Shown: positions 8,332 through 17,013, counted from the first letter of the stretch. The stretch: DNA of 24,000 nt from Thalassovita sp. (GCA_049116315.1 JAGDZD010000004.1:384836-408835), one strand, 5' to 3'. Numbers and translations: made by a program. Notes: generated by a model from the sequence alone, not told the origin.

Positions 8332-8924
8332 ACATTTCACATCCTGCGTTGTGACAGCATCTGCGAATTCAGCTCTAAGCCGATTGAAACGTTGATTTTT
8401 TAGCAAACTCGCCCTACGTATGCATAAAGTTCGATGCTGACTGTTGTCGGGTGCGAAAAAGTGTCCAATAATTAAGCAGAGCTACATTAGGGACGACGTC
8501 GAAAAGGGGAGCATTTGACGCGTTGGTTTAAACATACACGCCGCGTCGTTTTCGGCGCAGCAAAGGACGTGCGTGGCACGTCACCCGGCACCGTTTTGAG
8601 CGCGCAAGTGGCACGGAAAGGGCGAAGTACGATTGGAACTGCGCTCAGCACGCCAAATCGGAAAATCCTGCCTGTGACAAACCCGGGTGCAAATGCATCG
8701 ACCAACCCCGAACAATCCATCAAATTCAATCAGATACAGCACATATTGCATGTGTCACCAACCCGTTCAAGGCGCTGCCCCACGCGCCACGGCGTGCGAA
8801 GTTTTGTGCGTTGCCTTGTCAGAGTTAAAAACACCGGGCCAGTTGGTCCAATTATTGAATATCGTTAGTACTGCACGCGCCTTCGCGAGACAAAAACCGA
8901 GTGGCCGCTGAGTTAGAGGGAAAT

Positions 8925-9770
8925 ATGACTGACTATCTGGTTCTGGATGTTTTCACAGAACACGCATTAAGCGGAAACCAATTGGCTGTTGTTCCCGATG
9001 CCTCGGATCTGGCTGAGCCGGATTTGGAGCGCATTGCCCGTGAATTCAACTTTTCCGAAACCGTGTTTGTCTATCCGCCAAAGGACCCGGCAAACACGGC
9101 GCGGTTGCGTATTTTCACCCCCACCACAGAAGTGCCTTTTGCAGGCCATCCAACCATCGGCACCGCCGTGGCTTTGGCGCAGGCCGGGCATGGCCCGGAC
9201 CTTATGCTGGAACTTGGGATCGGCAATGTGTCTTGCAAAGCCAGCAGTGAAGAAGCCACCTTTATGGTCGCTGAGCCAGTAAAAATTCTGGCACATCCTG
9301 ATCCGGCGCTTGTGGCCCAAACCTTGGGCCTATCCACATCAGATATCCGCCGCGACACACATATGCCGGTTCTGGCCACTGTGGGCCTGCCTTTCACGCT
9401 GACCGAATTGAAAGATCGCGAAACACTTTCCAAAGTGCGCATCGACATCGAAGCCTTCCGCGTTGGTCAAGCCCGCCATTCCTCGGCGCTGGATTTTGCC
9501 CAGTTTGCCTATGTGCGCGAAGACGACACGATCTATGCCCGTATGTTTGCCCCGCTGGACAACATCCCCGAAGATCCCGCCACGGGCAGTGCGGCCGCCA
9601 CCCTGACCGCCTTTCTGGGACAGTTTGAACCCTTTGGCTTCACGTTAAAGTATCACCAAGGTGATGACATGGGGCGTCCGAGCATTATGCACACCCGCAT
9701 GTGCGAACGCGGCGTGCACGTGACCGGCAAAGCGATCTTGGTGATGAAAGGTCAATTGCTCAACATCTGA
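8925..9770 (+). CDS. PhzF-family (phenazine-biosynthesis-like) isomerase/epimerase fold protein
   Basis: Motifs: LDVFTEHALSGNQLAVV, IAREFNFSETVFV, FAGHPTIGTA, EDPATGSAA. The start was moved to the ATG 8925, which follows GAGGGAAAT. Confidence 0.8.
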   Translation: MTDYLVLDVFTEHALSGNQLAVVPDASDLAEPDLERIAREFNFSETVFVYPPKDPANTARLRIFTPTTEVPFAGHPTIGTAVALAQAGHGPDLMLELGIGNVSCKASSEEATFMVAEPVKILAHPDPALVAQTLGLSTSDIRRDTHMPVLATVGLPFTLTELKDRETLSKVRIDIEAFRVGQARHSSALDFAQFAYVREDDTIYARMFAPLDNIPEDPATGSAAATLTAFLGQFEPFGFTLKYHQGDDMGRPSIMHTRMCERGVHVTGKAILVMKGQLLNI

Positions 9771-9885
9771 CAAACTGGCTTGCGCCCTTTCGGCCGGTTG
9801 GGTATCAGCGCCTCCCAATGTCAAAAACGGTGGCATCTGCGTTTTGCAACGCGTACTACTTTGACGTATGAATTTCGGGGTGAGC

Positions 9886-10299
9886 ATGACCGACACCATC
9901 ATATCTCGTTGCGAAGCCATGGGGCTGCGCATGACAGACCAGCGCCGCACCATTGCCGCGGTTTTGCAAGACTCGGCTGATCACCCAGACGTCGAAGAGC
10001 TTTATGGTCGTGCCAGTGCTCGTGACCCACGGATTTCGATCGCAACAGTCTATCGCACCGTCAAATTATTCGAAGAGGCTGGCATCCTTGAAAAACACGA
10101 ATTTGGCGATGGACGCGCGCGCTACGAAGACGCTGAACGTGACCATCACGATCATCTGATCGATATGAATTCGGGGCAGGTGATTGAATTCTGCGATCCC
10201 GAAATCGAAGCTTTGCAAGAAAAAATCGCCCAAAAGCTTGGCTATTCCCTTAAGGGTCACAAGCTCGAGCTTTACGGCGTGCCCATCAAAAAGACCTAA
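9886..10299 (+). CDS. irr: Iron response regulator Irr (Fur superfamily)
   Basis: Fur-type winged helix (RMTDQRRTIAAVL...ISIATVYRTVKLFEEAGIL). Reads DHHDHLIDMNSGQVIEFCDPEIEALQEKIAQKLGYSLKGHKLELYG. This has the HHDH motif but lacks the CxxC zinc site of true Fur/Zur, which is the pattern I know for alphaproteobacterial Irr. ATG 9886 follows GGGGTGAG. Confidence 0.8.
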   Translation: MTDTIISRCEAMGLRMTDQRRTIAAVLQDSADHPDVEELYGRASARDPRISIATVYRTVKLFEEAGILEKHEFGDGRARYEDAERDHHDHLIDMNSGQVIEFCDPEIEALQEKIAQKLGYSLKGHKLELYGVPIKKT

Positions 10300-10392
10300 G
10301 CACCGGCGCGCCTGACGAGGCCACCGTAGAACTCCTGTATTGCTCAGGGTTGGTTCGCGTGAAATAGGAGTCTCAATGGGATTGGGACCAAA

Positions 10393-11280
10393 ATGGAAAA
10401 CATTCGCGCAATTTTGCTTTTGACCTTCGCCACCGCATGTTTTGCGGTGCAAGATATGTTCATCAAATTTGTGGTTGCCGAAGTCAGCGCTGGTCAGGCG
10501 ATTTTGATGCTTGGTCTGACGGGCTCTGTGTTTTTTGCCGTGATGGCTAAGATGCAAAGGGCCAGCTTGATGCCGCGCAGCCGCGAGGCCCGCCCCCTTT
10601 ATGCGCGCACCCTTCTCGAAGGGTTTGCCTCGATTTTTCTGGTGCTGGGTCTGGCGCTGGTGCCCTTGGCGGCGTTCACCTCGATCACGCAGGCGATGCC
10701 CTTGGTGATGACGCTTGGGGCGGCGCTGTTTCTGGGGGAAAAGGTCGGTTGGCGGCGCTGGTTGGCAATTGCGCTTGGGTTTGTTGGCGTATTGATCATC
10801 ATTCGCCCGGGCTCGGCCGCATTTGATCCGGTGATGCTGCTGCCCTTGGGGGTGGTGATTGTGATGTCGGCGCGCGATCTGGTGTCGCGCCGTTTGCCCA
10901 AAACCCTGACCTCTGCAGTTGTGGCCTTTCAAGGTTTTGGCTCGCTTGTCTTCTCCGGGCCCATTTTGATGCTGGCCTCTGGGGATCAACTGTTAACGCT
11001 GAGCCGCTCTGGCGTTTGGTCTGCGGTGGCGATGATTGTGCTGGGCATCGTTGGGTATTATGCGTTGATCCTGGCCACGCGCGTGGGCGATGTCGCCTCG
11101 GTTGCGCCGTTCCGCTATAGCCGCTTGGTGTTTTCCCTGATCATCGCCGTGGTGGTTTTTGACGAAAGCCCCGACATGCCCACTTTGCTGGGGGCAGCCC
11201 TGATTATCGGCACGGGCCTTTACGCCTATCTGCGAGAGCGGCGCGTCCTGCGCCAAACTGCCAAGGCGCGCCCGACGTGA
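10393..11280 (+). CDS. DMT superfamily (EamA-type) transporter, paralogue 1
   Basis: 295 aa, about 10 hydrophobic segments, with the two-EamA-repeat look (GEKVGWRRWLAIALGFVGVLIIIRPG; APFRYSRLVFSLIIAVVVFDE). There is no obvious SD in front of the ATG 10393. Confidence 0.85.
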   Translation: MENIRAILLLTFATACFAVQDMFIKFVVAEVSAGQAILMLGLTGSVFFAVMAKMQRASLMPRSREARPLYARTLLEGFASIFLVLGLALVPLAAFTSITQAMPLVMTLGAALFLGEKVGWRRWLAIALGFVGVLIIIRPGSAAFDPVMLLPLGVVIVMSARDLVSRRLPKTLTSAVVAFQGFGSLVFSGPILMLASGDQLLTLSRSGVWSAVAMIVLGIVGYYALILATRVGDVASVAPFRYSRLVFSLIIAVVVFDESPDMPTLLGAALIIGTGLYAYLRERRVLRQTAKARPT

Positions 11281-12146
11281 CCGGCCCACATCCCATCATG
11301 CTGATCACCCTGTCGATGGTGTGCTTTTCCATCGAAGACCTGTTGATCAAGGTGCTGTCTCAAAGTCTGCCAACCGGGCAACTGACAGTGATGTTGGGAT
11401 TTGGTGGTGCCTTGGTGTTTGCGCTTGTGGCGCTGTTTCAACGCCAATGGGTGCTGCCGCTTGGCCCCGGCACGTTGATTTTATATCTGCGCAGTGCCTG
11501 CGAAGGCTTGGCCGCCGTTTTCATAATTGTCGGCCTGGCGATGGTGCCATTGTCCAGTTTCGCCGCAGTCTTTCAGGCCAGCCCCTTGGTGATGACAATG
11601 GGGGCGGCGATTTTACTGCGAGAACAGGTTGGCTGGCGGCGCTGGCTGGCGGTTCTGGTTGGCTTTGTTGGCGTCCTGCTGATCATCCAGCCCGGCACGG
11701 TGGATTTTGATCCAGCAATCCTTTTGGTGCTTGGTGCGGTTCTGACCATATCGGCGCGCGATCTGCTGTCGCGCCGCCTGCCCGCCGCGCTGCCTTCTAC
11801 TGTTGTGTCCTTTCAGGGCTTTGCCTCGCTGTTGCTGAGCGGTCCAGTGCTGATCTTGCTGACCGGGCAAGGTTTGGTGGCGCCAGGTTCGTTTAGCTGG
11901 CTGCTGCTGGGCGCGACGGTTTCGGTTGGGGTTGCGGGATATTACGCCATTGTTCTGGGCACCCGCATGGGCGATGTCGCTGTGCTGGCACCTTTCCGGT
12001 ATACCCGCTTGGTGTTTGCCATGATCTTTGGCATCGTGATCTTTGCCGAGCGTCCAGATCCGGCAACCTATCTGGGGGCTGTGCTGATCATCGGATCGGG
12101 GATCTACACCTATTGGCGCGAACAAAGGCTGCGCCAATACGAATAA
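11277..12146 (+). CDS. DMT superfamily (EamA-type) transporter, paralogue 2
   Basis: 289 aa and colinear with paralogue 1. Shared blocks are VGWRRWLA, GFVGVL, SARDL.SRRLP and APFRY.RLVF. The GTG start overlaps the upstream stop (GTGA at 11277-11280). An alternative ATG lies at 11298. Confidence 0.85.
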   Translation: MTGPHPIMLITLSMVCFSIEDLLIKVLSQSLPTGQLTVMLGFGGALVFALVALFQRQWVLPLGPGTLILYLRSACEGLAAVFIIVGLAMVPLSSFAAVFQASPLVMTMGAAILLREQVGWRRWLAVLVGFVGVLLIIQPGTVDFDPAILLVLGAVLTISARDLLSRRLPAALPSTVVSFQGFASLLLSGPVLILLTGQGLVAPGSFSWLLLGATVSVGVAGYYAIVLGTRMGDVAVLAPFRYTRLVFAMIFGIVIFAERPDPATYLGAVLIIGSGIYTYWREQRLRQYE

Positions 12147-12185
12147 TTGCGAAGTGTTGCGAAATATCCCAAATAAAAGCCGAAT

Positions 12186-12199
12186 TGTTAGCGCTAACC
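12186..12199. promoter_or_regulatory. LacI-family-type palindromic operator candidate upstream of eno (TGTTAGCGCTAACC)
   Basis: Perfect 12-bp palindrome GTTAGCGCTAAC (12187-12198) with the central CG typical of LacI/GalR operators. It lies 86 nt upstream of the eno ATG. A near-identical copy lies upstream of zwf (20815-20828). Confidence 0.45.
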
Positions 12200-12273
12200 G
12201 ACGTTAGGGCAAGTTAAGCCTTTTCAGCCGCACCGCAGCACCGTAAAAGCCGCTTAAGACGGTCTTTTTCTAA

Positions 12274-13560
<1,287 letters not shown>

Positions 13561-13582
13561 GACCTTCACAATCACAAATACG

Positions 13583-13613
13583 GGGGTGTGCAAGCGATTG
13601 CGCACCCCTTTTT
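13583..13613 (+). terminator. Rho-independent terminator after eno
   Basis: Stem GGGGTGTGCAA (13583-13593), loop GCGA, stem TTGCGCACCCC (13598-13608) with one G-U pair, then TTTTT (13609-13613). Confidence 0.75.
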
Positions 13614-13837
13614 CGTGCGTCGCTGTGCCGGTGGGTGTTCGCCAATCGCCATGGTGTACCAAGCAAAACCCATCCCATTCCGCGCGCAATTGCCACCCGG
13701 TTTCAGCGCATAGCTCACTTTTCGGTGCATGGTGGCTTGCGCGGTTGTATGGGCAGTGGCGTTGTGTTTCGCTGCGCTCAGCTGCCGGTTTGGCATCAAC
13801 GCGGCACCTCAATTGGCCCCACATAGGACACAACTGT

Positions 13838-14212
13838 ATGATTGGATATGTCACGCTTGGCATCACGCATTTAGAAAACGCAAAGACCTTTTACGACAAA
13901 CTGCTGTTTGAAATTGGCGGCAGCCACTTTTTTGAAACCGAAGAGGCAATCATCTATGGCTTTGGCCCGGATGCGCCGCCTTTGATGATCACCCTGCCCC
14001 ACAACAAAGAAACGGCCACCAACGGCAATGGCACGATGGTTGGATTGCGCTTGAAGTCAGTGGAAGAGGTGGATCGAATGCACGCTTTGGCACTTGAGCT
14101 TGGCGCCAGTGACGAGGGCGCGCCGGGCATGCGATCGGGCACGTTTTACGCGGCCTATTTCCGTGATCCTGACGGCAACAAGTTGAACTTCTTTGTGCCC
14201 AACGCCGCCTAA
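13838..14212 (+). CDS. VOC (glyoxalase/bleomycin-resistance/dioxygenase) family protein
   Basis: The 124-aa core is MIGYVTLGITHLENAKTFYDKLL...FYAAYFRDPDGNKLNFF, the typical VOC N- and C-terminal beta-alpha-beta-beta-beta strands. The upstream 84 codons of track ORF 13586..14212 look non-coding (Cys/Arg/Trp-rich) and cross the eno terminator. Confidence 0.7.
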   Translation: MIGYVTLGITHLENAKTFYDKLLFEIGGSHFFETEEAIIYGFGPDAPPLMITLPHNKETATNGNGTMVGLRLKSVEEVDRMHALALELGASDEGAPGMRSGTFYAAYFRDPDGNKLNFFVPNAA

Positions 14213-14223
14213 AGCGCATACAC

Positions 14224-14250
14224 AAAAAGGCACCCAAACCGGGTGCCTTT
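14224..14250. terminator. Bidirectional rho-independent terminator between the VOC gene and the csp gene
   Basis: AAAAA (14224-14228), stem GGCACCC (14229-14235), loop AAACC, stem GGGTGCC (14241-14247), then TTT. On the minus strand the hairpin is followed by TTTTT, so it is strongest for csp. Confidence 0.75.
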
Positions 14251-14274
14251 GGAACCATTGCAGCAAAAGCTGGC

Positions 14275-14481
14275 TTATACGGCTTTCAGGTTTGTCGCTG
14301 CTTCGCGACCGTTGCGGCCGGTTTCAACATCAAACTCAATCTTTTGGTTGTCGGCCAGGCCGGTCATGCCCGAACGCTCAACCGCAGAAATGTGTACAAA
14401 CACATCTTTGCCGCCATCGTCAGGTGCGATAAAGCCGTAGCCTTTGGTTGTGTTGAACCATTTTACGGTGCCAGTAGCCAT
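14275..14481 (-). CDS. Cold-shock protein, CspA family
   Basis: Reads MATGTVKWFNTTKGYGFIAPDDGGKDVFVHISAV, with RNP-1 (KGYGFI) and RNP-2 (VFVHI) motifs. Starts at the ATG 14481, 8 nt after AAGGAGA. Confidence 0.95.
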   Translation of the reverse strand: MATGTVKWFNTTKGYGFIAPDDGGKDVFVHISAVERSGMTGLADNQKIEFDVETGRNGREAATNLKAV

Positions 14482-14604
14482 CCCGTAATCTCCTTGCAAA
14501 GTCCCGCCACACCATGCCGCGGGTTTTATAAAACGCTGACTTTCTAGAAAAAACTTTCGGCAGAAGTCGCGTCAGAGATTTCGGTATTAGACAGGTTGTG
14601 CCAA

Positions 14605-14633
14605 AATCTAGAATCTCAAATGGCAGTTGGCAA
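14605..14633 (-). promoter_or_regulatory. Candidate sigma-70 promoter of the csp gene (TTGCCA-N17-TAGATT on the minus strand)
   Basis: On the minus strand, the -35 TTGCCA is at 14633-14628 and the -10 TAGATT at 14610-14605, with a 17-nt spacer. This would give a roughly 115-120 nt 5' leader, consistent with long csp leaders. By-eye match only. Confidence 0.35.
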
Positions 14634-14810
14634 GTTTGTTTCTTACCTCTTTGACCGGTAATGTGCGTTCACGATCAGAACCCTGTGCATAATTGCAAAA
14701 TGGGTGGAAATTCACGGCAAACCCCTGCATTCGCTCACATATACAGGTCAGGCCCGCGACGATCGAAGCAGACTCATTACCTCACAAACACCCTATGCGG
14801 GTTTTTAATG

Positions 14811-15881
14811 TCAAAATCTCTCGGGACGGTAGGGGCGCAACAACGGGGCACGCACATCATCAAGGATCTCTTGCGTTGCAATTTCAGCGGTGATCGCCGC
14901 CAAAGTTGCCCCGCTGTGCATCACCGCAAGGTACAGACCTTTGGTTTGGGTGGCCCCAATAACGGGCAATCCATCCTTGGGTACAGGACGCATAGCAAGG
15001 GTCACCTGATCCCATTTAATGGCGATATCGGGCAAATACCGTTGCAACCGTTTTTCAGCGGCTTCGGCCAGTTCTGCGATATTCGGCACGGTTTCAGACG
15101 CATCTGATTGATGCGCGGCCGCGGCAGGCAAAATCAAATGACCCGATGAATCCTGCCGCAATTCCAGATCAGGCGCGACCACAATCTGGCTGAGAACCTG
15201 AGGCAGCGGCGAGGTTTGCAAAATCACACCGGGACGACGCAGCATCGGCAAAGACAGCCCTACTGTGGACATCAGTTGTGAGCTGCCGGTGCCGGCGGCC
15301 AAAATCACCTGATCTGCACCAATAATCCCGTGGTTGGTTCGCACGCCAATCAGCTTGGAATTTGATTCAATGAGGTCGGTCACTTCGACCCCTGCCATCA
15401 CCCGGGCGCCCAAGGCTTGGGCCGCCATCAGCAACTGCCCCACAACTTGACCGGTTTCGGCAACGCCCTCTGCAGGGAACCCCAGCGCTTCGTCAGGTAA
15501 ATCGGCAAAATCTGGCAGGCGCCGTTTCAGGTCGGACCGGTTGAGATGATCCACCGGATAGCCCAAAGAGCCGAGTTTGCGCCGCATATCCTGCAACGCC
15601 TCCCCCTGCTCTTCCCACCACAGCGCCCCGGGCCAGCGGATCGATAATTCGGGCAGATCCGCCTTGAGGCGACGCCAAGCCTCCATCCCGGACATGCGCA
15701 GGCGGAAATGGTCTTCGTCAGCAAAGAACGAGGCATTCAACCAGCCAAAGCTGCGCCCCGAAGCGGCCTGCCCCGGCAGGCCTGCTTCGATCACCGTGAC
15801 TTGCGCACCGCGCCGGGCCAATTGAAACGCCAAAGCCGAGCCAATCAACCCGGCCCCTACGATTGCGATCCGTTGCGCCAT
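14811..15881 (-). CDS. FAD-dependent oxidoreductase (DAO / D-amino-acid oxidase-like family)
   Basis: N-terminal Rossmann dinucleotide motif IAIVGAGLIGSALAFQLARRGAQVTVIE. 356 aa, typical DAO-family length. Confidence 0.8.
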   Translation of the reverse strand: MAQRIAIVGAGLIGSALAFQLARRGAQVTVIEAGLPGQAASGRSFGWLNASFFADEDHFRLRMSGMEAWRRLKADLPELSIRWPGALWWEEQGEALQDMRRKLGSLGYPVDHLNRSDLKRRLPDFADLPDEALGFPAEGVAETGQVVGQLLMAAQALGARVMAGVEVTDLIESNSKLIGVRTNHGIIGADQVILAAGTGSSQLMSTVGLSLPMLRRPGVILQTSPLPQVLSQIVVAPDLELRQDSSGHLILPAAAAHQSDASETVPNIAELAEAAEKRLQRYLPDIAIKWDQVTLAMRPVPKDGLPVIGATQTKGLYLAVMHSGATLAAITAEIATQEILDDVRAPLLRPYRPERF

Positions 15882-15932
15882 TCTTTACTCCTGTAGAAAC
15901 CTACGTAACTCTTTACAGGCTAGCTTTGAGAC

Positions 15933-16361
15933 ATGGACGCGCAAGAGATAATCGACCATTTACAACTAGAACCGCACCCCGAAGGTGGATTTTATCGGCA
16001 AACTTGGGCTGAAACCTGTCCCGCGGGGCAACGTCCCGCCGGAACCAGCATTTATTTCCTGCTAAAAGCCGAAGAAAGCAGCCACTGGCATCGGGTCGAT
16101 GCAGTTGAAATCTGGCACTATTATGCTGGCGCGCCTTTAATTTTATCTCGGGCGGCGGATGAACATGGCCCGGCCAGCGAAACCCTGTTGGGACCCGACT
16201 TGATGGCGGGTGAGCAGCCGCAATTGATTGTTCCCAAAGACCATTGGCAAGCAGCGCGCACCACCGGAGCCTTTACACTGGTTGGCTGCACCGTGTCGCC
16301 CGGATTTCAGTTTTCTGGATTTGAGTTGGCACCAGTAGGTTTTGACATCCCTGCGACATAA
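15933..16361 (+). CDS. Cupin-fold protein, DUF985 family
   Basis: Reads LQLEPHPEGGFYRQTW...SIYFLL...SHWHRVDAVEIWHYYAGAPL...VGCTVSPGFQFSGFEL. This matches my memory of the DUF985/YML079w cupin family. Confidence 0.75.
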   Translation: MDAQEIIDHLQLEPHPEGGFYRQTWAETCPAGQRPAGTSIYFLLKAEESSHWHRVDAVEIWHYYAGAPLILSRAADEHGPASETLLGPDLMAGEQPQLIVPKDHWQAARTTGAFTLVGCTVSPGFQFSGFELAPVGFDIPAT

Positions 16362-16442
16362 GATCTCTTGGCACCGTGTCACGCTGACAAAGATATCTTG
16401 GGGACTATCCTTTGCGTGCGATGCTGAACCACGAGGGAAAAG

Positions 16443-16970
16443 ATGTCTGTATTGAACCGTATTGCCCACGCGATGATTGCCAAAGCAGAACGCCGGGTTG
16501 GCGTCACTTTTGAGTATGCGCACCATATTGCGGATGTCAGCTTGACCTTGCTGGGCCGCTACAATCGTCTGTTTGGATTTCTAGATCCGCGCAAAAACCT
16601 ACCGACCGAAGCTTATCACGCTGCCCGTTTACGTGGGGCCTTGTCGGCGGATTGCGGCACCTGTGTGCAGGCGGAAATGAACCTTGCGGCCATGGCCGGA
16701 TTGTCCGCCGACTGGTGCGATACCATTCTAAGCGCAACGCCAACCTCGCCAGATATTCAGGCCGTGATCACCCTTTGTGATGCGGTGACACGTGATCGGA
16801 CCGACGCCCCCGAGGCGCGCGACCACCTGCGGGCGACCTATGGCGAGGCGGGCTTGATCGAATTGGTTTTTGCGATGAATGGCGCGGCGATGTTGCCGGG
16901 GATCAAACGCGGGTTGGGATATGCCACGGCCTGCGATCTGAGCGTCATTCGCAAAACACAACGGGCATAG
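16443..16970 (+). CDS. Hypothetical protein with a CxxC motif (possibly an AhpD/CMD-like helical fold)
   Basis: 175 aa with a good SD (GAGGGAAAAG before the ATG). All-helical look, with DCGTCVQAE reminiscent of the CxxC of the AhpD/carboxymuconolactone-decarboxylase superfamily. The family assignment is tentative. Confidence 0.55.
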   Translation: MSVLNRIAHAMIAKAERRVGVTFEYAHHIADVSLTLLGRYNRLFGFLDPRKNLPTEAYHAARLRGALSADCGTCVQAEMNLAAMAGLSADWCDTILSATPTSPDIQAVITLCDAVTRDRTDAPEARDHLRATYGEAGLIELVFAMNGAAMLPGIKRGLGYATACDLSVIRKTQRA

Positions 16971-16974
16971 CCCC

Positions 16975-17013
16975 AAACAAAAGGGCCGCCCAGTCCATCG
17001 GCTTGGGCGACCC
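16975..17013 (-). terminator. Rho-independent terminator after pgi (minus strand); the hairpin is shared with the convergent gene
   Basis: The minus strand reads GGGTCGCCCA-(loop)-TGGGCGGCCC, a 10-bp stem with one G-U pair, followed by TTTTGTTT (the complement of 16975-16982). Confidence 0.6.

Noticed and set aside
8574-8630. Two TGGCAC motifs that might be sigma-54 -24 elements
   Set aside because: The first has GG-N11-GC spacing, which is off by one. The second (TGGCACGGAAAGGGCG) has correct spacing but a poor -12 box. Both lie more than 290 bp from the nearest downstream start. This is insufficient to call a promoter.
8515-8868. 117-aa ORF (TTG start after AAGGGGAG) in the long intergenic region
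   Set aside because: The peptide is highly basic and low in complexity, uses many rare codons, and has no hydrophobic core or motif. It is kept only as part of the 'unexplained gap' finding, not as a gene.
10066-10989. 307-aa ORF on the - strand spanning irr and DMT-1
   Set aside because: It is antisense to two well-supported genes. The sequence is extremely His/Gln/Arg/Lys-rich and low in complexity, so it is a shadow ORF.
13614-13837. 224-bp gap between the eno terminator and the VOC gene, including the upstream part of track ORF 13586-14212
   Set aside because: No conserved-looking structure, RBS or motif could be identified by eye. The ORF extension crosses a terminator and looks non-coding.
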